A stretch of 64,000 nt of DNA from Octopus vulgaris (lineage: Eukaryota). This document shows, piece after piece, positions 13,722 to 26,330 of the stretch. The notes beneath the pieces were generated by a model, which saw only the letters and a program-made list of their open reading frames with translations, made no database searches and was not told where the DNA came from. How positions within the stretch are numbered: the first letter of the stretch is position 1; each line of letters begins with the position of its first letter. The DNA lies in assembly GCA_951406725.2 (NCBI GenBank), contig OX597819.1:42780001-42844000 (forward strand), given 5' to 3'. The translations under genes and the position numbers were made by a program.

Positions 13722-14390
13722 TTAAAACATTTCAGCTACAAACATCCCCAACTTTTCTTTTTTCTTTACAGGTGATGATATCTTCAGTTCTATATTATCC
13801 AATGTGTACTTTCCTAAAACAGGTGATTTGGTTAGTATTTCTAGCAGGCTGAGTGCGACCACATCAGAAAGCTGCCTTGTTGGCTCGTAAAAGCTGAGTT
13901 ACGCAGTTTACAAGAAATAAAAGTTGTCATTCCAGAAAGTATTGCGTGAAAGAAAAACTAAGAGCGAAGTTCAACATATGGCATGGTTCTTTGTTAAACT
14001 GTTGAGTTAGGGGTGTAAAAATATGCCAAGCAAAGAAGCATGAATAAGTTTTTTTCTCTTTCTTTTTTTTCTTATTTCTTTTAATGCAGATGACAAAATT
14101 ATTTATGCAATTAGCACACTCGTATGACTAAAATAACTACAAGGTAGAACTTATTACTAGCCAATGAATGAGGTATTGCTATTTATATAGGTTGGATCTT
14201 TAGATGAAGTAACACTGCTATATAAAAAAACATAACAGCAAATAAGTTCTTTACGAAGATAACTGACATGTTTAACCCCTGATCAGCTCTGATTGAGTCA
14301 AAAAAGCCTATTATCAGATGCATTCCATCTGTGACCATCCTGTAATACTTTCTTAAACATATTTAATGCAACTTGGCCTACATTGTATAA

Positions 14391-14790
14391 TACTCTTACT
14401 CTTTTACTTGTTTCAGTCATTTGACTGTGGCCATGCTGGAGCACCACCTTTAGTCGAGCAAATCAACCCCAGGACTTATTCTTTGTAAGCCCAGTACTTA
14501 TTCTATCGGTCACTTTTGCCGAACCGCTAAGTGACGGGGACGTAAACACACCAGCATCGGTTGTCAAGCAATGCTAGTGGGACAAACACAGACACACAAA
14601 CACATACATATATATATACATATATACGACAGGCTTCTTTCAGTTTCCGTCTACCAAATCCACTCACAAGGCATTGGTCGGTCCGGGGCTATAGCAGAAG
14701 ACACTTGCCCAAGATGCCACACAGTGGGACTGAACCCAGAACCATGTGGTTGGTTAGTAAGCTACTTACCACACAGCCACTCCTGCGCCT
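14391..14790 (-). mobile_element. Family A SINE, young full-length copy
   Basis: Near-identical to 13344-13721. Inserted into an older family D repeat. Confidence 0.9.
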
Positions 14791-15455
14791 TGTATACTTC
14801 CATTCATTTTTTTTTTATTATTGTTATTCTAGGCTGTAGGGTATGATTTGAGGGAAATTTGGCTGCTATTTCTAATATTCATGCAACTACATAGAGCTTC
14901 CTCAGCTCAACTTGTTTCATATAGATAATGAAAGTATAATTTCGTCCTTGAATTATATACATCCATAATATACAGCACACACACGCACGCATGCGTGCAG
15001 CATGCACATATGTGTGTATATATTTATATAAATATACACACCCATAATAATTTTGTGTGATCCCTGTTTTTATGCCACAATTCCTCTGCAGGCTACAAAA
15101 AGACGAACTGTCATCAAGGTGGGCTTCTGGCCATAAAAAAACACTACCTCAAGAAAGTCCCATCCAATTCATACCAGCATGGGATAAAATGGACAAAAAA
15201 CAACAACAATTGACTATATTGTAACTTGGAAAAGGAAGCGGAGGAATTAATGTGAAGAGGGGGATAACTGGGAAACTTCTTTGAAATATGACATTAGGAG
15301 AAGCAAGTATTTAGTTACAACAAGTCTTTCATGGTTTCAGGGCATACACAGAGTGAGAGATATCATGGTGGGTGGTGGTTCAGGTATTTGAAAGACCATA
15401 CGGACACAGGTTCAAAATCTTTTAGATATAGATTACATGTATCCACCAAGTTATG

Positions 15456-15662
15456 GGCGAGCTGGCAGAAACGTTAGCACGCTGGGCGAAATGCATAGCC
15501 GTATTTCGTCTGCCGCTACGTTCTGAGTTCAAATTCCGCCGAGGTCGACTTTGCCTTTCATCCTTTCGGGGTCGATAAATTAAGTACCAGTTACGCACTG
15601 GGGTCGATATCTGTCCTTGTTTGTCCCCTCTGTGTTTAGCCCCTTGTGGGTAATAAAGAAAT
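15456..15662 (+). mobile_element. Family B SINE, young, alternative 3' tail
   Basis: GGCGAGCTGGCAGAAACGTTAGC...GCCTTTCATCCTTTCGGGGTCGATAAATTAAGTACC...TTTAGCCCCTTGTGGGTAATAAAGAAATA. Confidence 0.9.
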
Positions 15663-15794
15663 AATTATTAATGCGAGAATAGGCATAATACTGACCAATC
15701 TGTACAAAACGCTCATGGTTTTGGTCATCAGCTCTGAAAGGATGAAAGGTAAGGCTGACATGGGTAGGACTTGAACTCAAAATGTAAAGATTCT

Positions 15795-15922
15795 GGTAAT
15801 CCACTACCCTAAAAATACTACTACTACTAATAATAATAATCCTTTCTACTTGGGTAATCCACTACCCTAAAAATACTACTACTACTACTAATAATAATAA
15901 TAGTAATAATCCTTTCTACTGG
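15795..15922. repeat. Local tandem duplication of about 58 bp
   Basis: GGTAATCCACTACCCTAAAAATACTACTACTACTAATAATAATAAT..CCTTTCTACT occurs twice. Confidence 0.85.
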
Positions 15923-15992
15923 AAGCACAAGGGCTCAAATTTGTGAGGAGGAGACTAGTTGATTACATCGATCCCAGTGTTTCACTGGTACT

Positions 15993-16032
<40 letters not shown>

Positions 16033-16822
16033 GTTTCAAATTTTGCCACAAGGGCAGCCATTTTGGGGGAGGGGTTGAGTCAAAGTCAACCTTAGTGGAA
16101 TTTGAACTCTGAACGTAAAAAGCTGCAACAGATACTGCAAGGCAGTTTTCCTAATGCTCCAATGATTCGCCAATCCACCACCTTTTCTAATAATAGCAAT
16201 ATTTTTATTTATTTATTAGACATGAGACCCCTGAGATGAGATGTCAAATATAATTAGAACATAAATTAACTACAAATATTAATTATTCATCAGCATGGAT
16301 GAGAAGTATCTCATGAGGCATAAGTCTCTCTCTACTCTCTTTTTCTCTCTCTACTCTCTTTTTCTCTCTCTACTCTCTTTTTCTCTCTCTCTCCAGTTCT
16401 TTCAACTTTTTAGTTCAAACAACCTCACAGGCTGCATACAGACTTAATTAAAACTAATTTGCTAACCCTACCCTTGCCTCTACCTTTTTTTGCTCATTGG
16501 AACTGCATGGCAGATAGAACTGGTCATCTCCAGCTCCAAAATACGAAGAGTCACAGATAACCTGCCTCAAACTGGAGGGAGCAAGTGCAGTGATAATTTT
16601 ACAGACCTCATAAAGGAACCTGCGAAGACTAGCAATACATGAAGTTAACTTCTTAAAGTAACCACCACTACAAACCGCCTGACTGACAAACATGTTGACT
16701 GACAAACATGACTGATGATGTTCAGCCTCAGGTCAATCCTGATTGAACAAACATATGATTAAAAACACTCCACTTATGACAGTCTCATCTTTTTTCTATT
16801 TTAAGAGGTATGTATTCTGTTT

Positions 16823-17228
16823 TCTTTTTACATGTTTCGGTCATTGGACCGTGGCCATGCTGGGGCAACACCTCAAAAGGTTTTACTCAAAAAAAACTGA
16901 GCCCAGATCTTTTTTCTTAAATGTTTTTTTTTTTTAAATGTCTGGTACATATTCTACCAGTCTCTTGCACCAAACTGCTAATGTTACAGGGATATAAACA
17001 AACTAACAATTATCAAGTGGTGGAGGAAGAAATACAAGCACACACACACACATATAAGCATATAGTGGGCTTCCACTTAGTTTCCATCAACCAAATTCAC
17101 TCACAAATCTTCAGTCAGCTAAGGGATATAAAAGAAAACGCTTTCACAGGATGCCTTGGCAGTGGGACAGAACCCCAAACCACATTATTGTGAAGTGAAC
17201 TTCTTAACCACACAGCTTTGCCTGTGCC
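16823..17228 (-). mobile_element. Family A SINE (old)
   Basis: Degenerate match to family A. Confidence 0.7.
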
Positions 17229-18602
17229 CATAAAGGACTACATTACCTAGTGTGCCATCTCTTTTCCTAAGACAGTAAGTATAGCATTTGTTGAAGGACA
17301 TTTAGCTACTATTTTAAGCAGGTTAAGCAACCAGAGAGCGGGGGGGGGGGGATGAACTATTTTTCGGATCAAGGAGGACATATTAGTTTTCAAATTTTGG
17401 CACAGGGCTAGTAATTCAGGGGAGGGGGGGGAGTTGATTACATCAATTCCAATGTTCAACTGGTACTTATTCTTTCAACCTCAAGAGGATAAAAGGCAAA
17501 GCTGACTCCAGTAGAATTTGAACTCAGAATGTTGAGACTAATGAAATGCTGTTAAGCAGCTTATCCAGCACGCTAACACTTCTGCCAGCTCACAGCCTTA
17601 GTGCCAAGGACATGTTAAAAGTACATAAGAACCATGGAAACACATGCATACAAAGAATAGTAATAAATGGCTCTTTTTATTTTGTAAATTCATAAGTACA
17701 CAACTTTATAATGTTGAATTATAAAGTTGGGGTGTTAAGGCTTAAACTCTGCATCTCCCCCCCCCCCCCCACACAGTTTAAATTTCAGCAACGTGGTGTG
17801 CAGTTTCAATTTTGAATGCAGCAAAATTTCACCAGTAGGCACTTGGTTCTGCACACTTACTGCAGAGGCAAAGCAGCTTCAATGTTGGTTCATGACAACC
17901 ATAATAGATAGATTTGATAGATATCCAGTTTTAAATAAAGCTGTAAAGTGATCCCTAAAGTGTAATGAATTTATGCTCTGTTGATTCGGCAGAGACCTCA
18001 GTGAGGTATTTCTACCTCTATTACTGTAATTGGATTCAACCTGTTTCTATTTCAATCATATTTTCATTTCAGCTAAAAGCTTTACTTTGACATCCACCTA
18101 AATCGCAATGTTCCTTTATGTTAAGTGCTTTCTATAAAAATAAAAAAAATAAAATAAAGTAAAAACCTAACAACAAACTCCTTAATTTCCTATTAATTTT
18201 ACTTTGAAACGATAGTCATCAGATCAAACCTACATTCAAGGAAACCAGCAGTGGCTTACTTCAGCAAAAAGCAGTTAATAAATATTTGCAAATTTAAATA
18301 AGTTGATATCTAAATTTGCAAACCTTGAATATAAACTTATTTGAATTTGAATATAATTTAAATCTGAATAAGTTTATATATTCAAAGCTTGTAAATTTGA
18401 ATATAAAACTTATTTGGATATGCAAACTTAGGAATATATGAGTTTTAATATTTCGTACAATGCTAAAAATTGAGATTTTTTTCAGCTTCGGTAATCCAGT
18501 TTGCTTCCTTAGTTAGTCAGAATCTAAGTAAACCACAGCTTTAGAGTAAAGATTGCTATGAGCTAACTCTCGTTCTGTTATGCAAAGATTCTCTCTACAT
18601 AG

Positions 18603-18962
18603 ATGCAGGCATGGCTGTGCGGTACCAACCACATGGTTCCAGGTTCAGTCTCACTGCATGGTACATTGGGCAAAGTATATTCTACTATAGCTTTAGGCTG
18701 ACTAAAGCCTTGCGAGTGGATTTGGTAGATAAAAACTGAAAGAAACATGTTGCGCATGCACGTGTGTGTATGCAAGTCTTTGTCCCCCACTAGTGCTGAG
18801 TTGTTTATGCTCATGTAACTTAGTAGTTCGGCAAAAGAAACCAACAGAAGTATTACTTAATAAATAAGTACTGGGGTTGATCTGCTTGACTAAAAGCCCT
18901 TCAAGGCAGTGACCCAGCATGGCTGCAGTCCAATGACTGAAACAAGTAAAAGATAAAAGATG
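18603..18962 (+). mobile_element. Family A SINE, plus orientation
   Basis: Reverse complement of the family A copies above. Ends GACTGAAACAAGTAAAAGATAAAAG. Confidence 0.8.
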
Positions 18963-19706
18963 AACATTAAAAAAAAAAATTTTTTTTTTTTTTAAACCAA
19001 GCGTTAATCAACCCAGATAGGGAGAGGGTTAACTAATAATATTAGTAACACTGATGAAATGAAAGATTGGATGTGGGAGAGAAAACAAAGCAAAACCAAA
19101 ACAGAGAAAATAACTCAAACATTACTAAATATTTACAAAATCTTAGAAGAGATGCCACTTTTAATGGTGTATTTTAAATATTCATAATTAATCATAATTA
19201 ATTTTGCATAATTAATCAGTTGAGTTCATGCTGAGGAAACAGCGGAAGGAGGGGGTTGAGCAAAAAAATAATTAAATAATTAAACAAAAAAAATTAAACA
19301 AGGTAAAATAACTAGTCAAATGACCCCTACGCAAACTGCTAAGCTGGTCAGAGCTACAAATAATTGGGAGGTGAAGGTTAACAAAACTGATTTTGTTAGG
19401 CTTTTCAAGTGTGTTATTTTGGGTGTGGTGGTGTACAATGCCAACACTGGATGAAGTGGAATAGTTCAAAAAGTTTCATGCTCACCCATAATATGAAGCT
19501 GATTTTCTCCAGAATTCATAAAATTCTGGATTTCTGGCTAATTCTGGAAAAATGGCATCTCTATTTAAGAAATAAATAATCTTTGTTAAAATAATCTCCA
19601 TTTAGGTGTGTGTGTGTGTGTGTGTGTTTACGCGCTTATGTATCTTCTTGTGTGCATGTGTATGTATCTGTATAAAACGAATGATGTATCTAAATGTAAA
19701 TATAAA

Positions 19707-19737
<31 letters not shown>

Positions 19738-19758
19738 GTTACTGTTATTACTGTTACA

Positions 19759-21830
19759 AAGGCAGTGAGCTGGCAGAATCGGTGACATGCTGGACGAAAT
19801 GCTTAGCAGTATTTCACCTGTTGCTATGTTCTGAGTTCAAATTCTGCCGAGGTCAGCTTTGCCTTTCATCCTTTCAAGGTCGATTAAATACGTACCAGTT
19901 ACGCACTGGGGTTGATGTAATCAACTTAATCCTTTCCCCCAAATTTCAGGCCTTGTGCCTACAGCAGAAAGGACTACTACTACTACTACTACTACAACTA
20001 CTACAACAAAGGCGGTGAGCTGGTGGAACCATTGATATGCTGGACGAAATGATTAACGGTATTTTGCCTGTCACTACGTTCTGAGTTCAAATTCTACTGA
20101 GGTTGACTTTGCCTTTCATCCTTTGAGGGTCAATGAATTAAGTACCAGTGAAACACTGGGGGTCAATGTAATTGACTAGTCCCTTCCCACAAACTTCAGG
20201 CTTTGTGCTTTTAGTAGAAGGGATTATTATTGTTATTATTATTATTATTACAACTATTATTGTTGTGCATAAGCAGAATTGTTACAGTATAAGGACAAAT
20301 GCCTTGAGGTATTTTGTTCCACCTTTTTATAGTCTGAGTTCAAATCCCACTGGGGCCAACTATGTCTTTCATCTTTCTGGGGTTGATAAAATAAGCTAAC
20401 CCTCTAGCATTTAAACCAGCTATATCCAAGCTCAAACATTCTATCTGCTTTATGTTCAAACTGGCCAGATCAAGCATCTCACACCTATCCTACAATGTTT
20501 TTTCTAAAAATAAACAATCACTTCTTCAAAATCTCTAAGTTACAAGATCATATATGATTAATCGTTAAAAATGTGAATAAATGTTACATTGCGCTGAGTA
20601 ATCTGAATGCTAAAGGGTTACTTATCTAACTCAGTGTTCCTTGACCGTTTTTTACCTGTACGGTTACCTATTTCACTTGGATGGAACCCTTTAGCTATTT
20701 CATACTTTTTAAAAAATCACTTCATAATTTTCATAATCAAATATTATTAGGAATTGTATAAAAAAAAATTGTCAAAATATTTTGTATAGTGTAAAAGAAT
20801 AATCAATTTATTGCAGATAAATTATAACAACACCCAAACATCTTATGTGGGGCCCCAGTTGAAAATCACTGATCTAACTCATCCTTCCAAACATTGCTGG
20901 CCTTGTGCCTATATCAGAAACTATTCTTATTATTCTTACTATTATTACTACTACCAAGACAGTAAGCTGGCAGAATCATTAGCACAATGAGTGAAATGCT
21001 TAGCAGTACTTCACCTGTTGCTACGTTCTGAGTTCAAATTCCACCGTGGTCGACTTTGCCTTTCAGGGGCAATAAATTTAGTACCAGTTGCATACTGAGG
21101 TTGATCTAATCAACTGGCCTCCTCCCCCAAAATTTCAGGCCTTGTGCCCATAATAGAAAGGATTACTACTACTACTACTACTACTACTACTTAAGGCAGC
21201 CAGCTGGTAAATACCTAGTAACATTTCATCAGTCTTTACAGTCTGAGATTGACATTGCTGAGTTCGACTTTGCCTTTCATCCTTTGGAGGGGGGGGGGGG
21301 GTGTCAAAATAAATACCAGTCAAGAATGGGGGGATTAAGGTAATCAACTAGTACCCCACTTCAAAAAAACTTCAGGCCTTGTGCCAACAATAGAAATAAT
21401 AATAATAATAATAATAATTATTATTATTATTATTATTATTACTATTATTATTAAGGTGGTGGGCTGGCAGAATCGTTAGCACACAGGGCAGCTTGCCTTT
21501 CAATCCTTTCGGGGGTCAATAAATCAAGTACCAGTGAAATACTGGGGTCAATGTAATTGACTAGTCATCTCCTCCAAAATTTCAGGCCTTGTGCCTATAG
21601 TAGAAAGGATTATTATTATGGTGGTAAATTGTCAGAATCATTAGAAATGCACTGCAGTGTTTGTTCCAGCTCCTTATGTTCTGAGTTCAAATTCTGCCCC
21701 TTGAGCAACTTTGCCTTTCATCCCTTTGGAGATCGATAAAACAAAGTATTGATCATGTACTGGGGTTAATGTAATTGACTACCTCTCCCCACCCTCAAAA
21801 TTATTGGCCCTGTGCCTAAATGAAAACAAT
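19759..21830 (+). mobile_element. Large nested cluster: about 7 family B SINEs plus two MITEs
   Basis: Same-orientation SINE units joined by (TTA)n/(CTA)n. MITEs at 20397-20620 and 20632-20871 split one unit. Confidence 0.85.
20632..20871. mobile_element. hAT-type MITE with perfect 8-bp TSD
   Basis: CAGTG...CACTG termini. ATCTAACT at 20624-20631 and 20872-20879. A paralogue ends at 11527 in reverse orientation. Confidence 0.85.
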
Positions 21831-21982
21831 TATGTTATTATCATTGCTGTTGTTGTTATTATCATTATTAACCCTGCCACGTTACCAGAGGCCACATCTT
21901 TCAATTAACCTTTTCCTAACAATGCCTGTTATTTCCTCTTCAGATTGGCTCCCTTTAACATTGAGGGCCTGGTATGATAACA

Positions 21983-22214
21983 AGGCAGCGAGCTGGCAGA
22001 AACGTTGGCACGCCGGGCGAAATGCGTAGCCGTAATTCGTCTGTCGTTATGTTGTGAGTTCAAATTCCGCTGAGGTCGACTTTGCCTTTCATCCTTTCGG
22101 GGTCGATAAATTAAGTACCAGTTACGCACTGGGGTCGATCTAATCGACTTAATACCTATGTCTGTCCTTGCTTGTCCCCTCTATGTTTAGCCCCTTGTGG
22201 GTAATAAAGAAATA
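21983..22214 (+). mobile_element. Family B SINE with perfect 12-bp TSD
   Basis: GGTATGATAACA at 21971-21982 and 22215-22226. CpGs are intact. Confidence 0.93.
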
Positions 22215-22668
22215 GGTATGATAACAGGGTTTTCTGCCATTGCTTTTTTTTCTTCTTTTCTTTTGTGTGTGTGTCTGCAATCAACAATACTACCATTCCT
22301 TTCATGTCCCGCTGCCAATATGAGAAAGACTCCTCATCATCCTCATAACCAATAATAAAATCCAGGCCAGCTCAGGTAAACAGATCTAAGATCAAAGATG
22401 TTCCAACTATGACCATCCTGTCATTGTTTTTTTTTTCTTTCTTCACACAGTGGACTACATTATCAAATGTTTCCTAAAACTCTGACTGCTATTCTTATTA
22501 GACCAAGGGACCATTTAGGGGCTCCCTTGCTGGCTAATAATGAATAGGCATAGCAGATAACTAAGCCTGGTTATAATTAAGTTTTGATTTCAATTCCCAC
22601 CAGGGCTGAATTTGCTGATCAATACTTTTTGATTGATAAAATACCAACTAATACTAAATTTTGTTGAT

Positions 22669-22861
22669 TTAACCTTTTTGATACCAAACCGCCTCTGGCT
22701 CTGTAATACAAATGTCTTGTTTACGTAAGTTCTGAATTAACATCTCCCACCAAACCTTAGTCACAATTTATGTTCCTAACACTTAGCTTCTTTGTTATAT
22801 TTAAAATTAATTGAAAGAAACATAGAGCATCTCAACAGAAATATGGTAAGAAAAGGGTTAA
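22669..22861. mobile_element. piggyBac-type MITE, family P2 (internally deleted)
   Basis: TTAACCTTTTTGATACC ... GGTAAGAAAAGGGTTAA. The body matches the 48060 copy. Confidence 0.8.
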
Positions 22862-24730
22862 AATGAATTTATAAATACCACGAGGCATAAGATCTAATGT
22901 TATTACACTTATGCCAAACTGCTATACTGGATTGATATTGAACCAAGACAGACGAAAAGCAAAGTTGACCTCAGCAAGACTTGAACTCAAGTGCCTTGGA
23001 AAAAATGTCAATAAACATTCTAACCAACACTCTTAACACCACCACCAACTCATCGTCTTTACTGTCCAGCATAGTGGATGTTATTTTTAATCACTGATAT
23101 TCAAGGCCATCTTAACAGTATTAGAGAACCCCTCCTCATAGCTAAGCAGTGCAGTAGGCCTCACTCATATTTTATTTATTCACAGCAAACCACAGTATTT
23201 TTTTTTCTTTTTCAAATTTATGTCAATGTAAGTGCAGAAATTATAGTAAAAACAAAATGTTGTTATATTTCTAAAATTCAAAATAAATAATGCAAATCTC
23301 GCCCACTTTTCTCTCACCTCATAACACCAAGGACTTCACTTGAACAGAGTGAGTGTATGTGTGTGAATATATAAAAGAAAAAGACATGATGAATGAAGAA
23401 GGGGCTGAGTGATAGCCAGAAATTACCAAGGAGTGAATTACTGGGGGTTCAATGGAATAAAGATATTTATGATCATTGAAAAAGGTCGGGGGATGGGGGG
23501 GGGAGTGTTCCTAGTCAATGCCTTTTCATTACAAAAACTAAATGCATCGTATAATCAACAAGAACGGGCATATTGGATATTTTGCTAATTTCTCAAAGCA
23601 ATATTATTTGCTAAAAGTCTATGAACAAACATGAACTTGTATATTGTTAGTTTACTCCAATTAGCATGTAGCAGTAAATTTTAGCCCCACCCCCACCATT
23701 ACCACCGGGAAGGAGGAGGGCTCATAAAATTTTCAAAATTTCTTGGGACCGATGGGTCAATGTGAGTGTATAATAATATGTTAGATAATGGAGAGCTTAA
23801 TTTGTATTACTATGAAAATTTTCTTCAACAAAAGAAACGGAATTTACATTAATTTTTTTCTTTTCTTTTAGTAATTTAAATTTTTCTGCCAAAATAAACG
23901 TGCAAAACAACATTTTAGTAATAATTAGGAGTGGAGTAGAAAGCATGGAGTCGTGTAGTTTTGGCGTAAACATTAGAGAATTCTTTGTGAACGTTGTACG
24001 GATTATTTTTCCCTAAGTGTCAGCAGAAACACTTAAGTTTTGACAACAAAACCACACACACACAATGAATATGTACCACATGGGATTAAGTGAAAAAGTG
24101 GGGGCAGGAAAGGTAATTATTAAGACAGGGGGGAAGCCGAATATATGTTTCGAAAACAGTTTCATAACCTGCATAATTAACAGTGAAATGGCGATGTTTC
24201 AAGAACAGAACTTTTATTTCATAAGGAAGATCTCCCAGAGAAAGCTGATGTAGTTTTTTCTTTTTAATTTTTTTTTAATCTTTTATAAAAATAAAAAACA
24301 AAACAAAATAAGATATCTGTTCAGAAATTGATTTTGAAAAAAAAAAAAAAACTTTAACCAAGGGAGATTACTTTCGTTAGTCGATTGTGAGTTACTCCCC
24401 TTCATATGGTGCTCCTAAAGTCAATAGCTATTTTAATTTACGTTGATATTTTCTTTCCCGTATTTCTTTAAAAGAAAGAAAAGACAAGAATACCTAATTT
24501 ACTTCCGCAGTTTCAACAGTAAGGATTGTTGCATTTTAATTTGAAACACATTCATAATATAATTCTTTTAATTAAGAATATATAAACAAATCGCAGTAAA
24601 CTTCCGGAGAGTTGCGTCTGAACCGACTTCAATTCCTTGAATTTATTTCATTTTAAATATGTTTGCTGGTCTACGACTACTCCTCTGCAAATCTGGGATG
24701 TGCTTACTTTTAAGATAATAATAATAATAA

Positions 24731-25056
24731 TCTTTTCTACTCTAGGCACAAGGCCCGAAATTTTGGGAGAGGAGGCCAGTCGATTAGATCGACCCCCACT
24801 ACGCAACTGGTATTTAATTTATCGACCCCGAAAGGATGAAAGGCAAAGTCGACCTCCGCGGAATTTGAACTCGGAACGTAAAAACAGACGAAATACTGCT
24901 AAGCATTTCGCCCGGCGTACTAACGTTTCTGCCAGCTCGCTGCCTAGGCCTGAAATTTGTGGAGAGGGGGAAAGTCGATCACATCGACCCCAGTACTTGC
25001 CTGGTACTTAATTTATCGACCCCGAAAGGATGAAAGGCAAAGTCGACCTCGGCGGA
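24731..25056 (-). mobile_element. Family B SINE plus a partial second copy, minus orientation
   Basis: Reverse complement of family B. CpG-rich. Confidence 0.88.
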
Positions 25057-25537
25057 ATAATGATGATAATAATAATGTTTGCCACAGGGGCGTCGGAAGA
25101 AGGGGACATTATTATAGTGAGAGTGCTTACAGAAATTGGACAACAATTTAAAAAGACAAAACAAAATGAACGATACACACACATACACACACACATTTAT
25201 ATAAAAGCACATAGTGATGATAGATGCAATCCTCCCAATGCCGGGTAAATCTTCCCTAATTAAGGCCAATTAAAGAAACCTCGCAGATCCAGGATCCTCT
25301 TGACAAACAAAAAAGCATGTGTCGTTTTCCCGTCAAATATTTCTTTTGCAGATTTTGTGTGAAGGTGTTGGGGGATTCGGTTAACCTCGACTTCACCTAA
25401 CTACTGGACAACATTAACAATACCGGGGCAGGTTTGCCGATTTCAGTCGGATGAAAGGCAAAAAAAAAAAAAAAAAAAAATCAACTCCCGGCAGAATTCG
25501 ACATTAGAAGATAATCAGTAGTCAGTAATTATTGCAT

Positions 25538-25574
<37 letters not shown>

Positions 25575-26123
25575 CGTATCTTCTGGCATACATGTTGAAT
25601 TTTTCAGACCAAAAGTTCTACATTAAATGCAGCAGGACTTAGAAAGAGAGTGACAATATTTGACTGTTTACGCTATATACTAGTTGACTTGTGTGCTGAA
25701 AAATACGGTGTGTGTGTGTGTGTATTCGTAAATGTCAAACAATAAGAATGAGTGTGCAACACTGCATTGGATACAATTTGTGTATTATAAGGTTACCTTT
25801 GGTTTCATGTTAAGAAAAAATATTTCAATGTCTTAACTTCTCAAGTCAATCACATGTTCGTCTCCACTTTGGATGAAAACACGACATATATATATATATA
25901 TATATATAATGTATATATGTATAATATATATATGTATATATATAATGTATATATGTATATATATATATGACAGACAGATATGGTACTGTCGTTTCTGCCA
26001 ACACAACAACCCCTGCTATTAACACTACTACCACCACCACCAGCACCATCATCACCACTACCCCTCCTATAATGGCAAGTATTGATAAGAGAAACAAAAA
26101 CAAAGCAATAAGTTGTTAATTAC

Positions 26124-26330
26124 CGATGATTATCTTGACTATGTGACATCACTTCCTGTTTTGGTCCTGCAGTGACAATTGCTGGATGGGGTATTCCTGG
26201 ATGCGGTAAGCCTGGAGGTGGTAAAAGACTGGGTGGACCAAATCGTGTTAACGGGGATGTGTTGATTAATGACGGTGGATAAGGCCCAGAAAAGGCACCT
26301 GAGGATATAGGATAACCTGGAGGTCTTTGC
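26124..26330 (-). CDS. TCF: TCF/LEF internal coding exon, 207 nt, phase 2 to 2
   Basis: Acceptor AATTGCAG|G and donor CATCG|GTAATT. Encodes QRPPGYPISSGAFSGPYPPSLINTSPLTRFGPPSLLPPPGLPHPGIPHPAIVTAGPKQEVMSHSQDNH. GIPHPAIV...KQE is the hallmark pre-HMG motif of TCF/LEF. Confidence 0.95.

Noticed and set aside
1-26123. TCF HMG-box exon (HIKKPLNAFM...)
   Set aside because: Searched by eye on the minus strand and not found; it probably lies left of the window. A tBLASTn would settle this.
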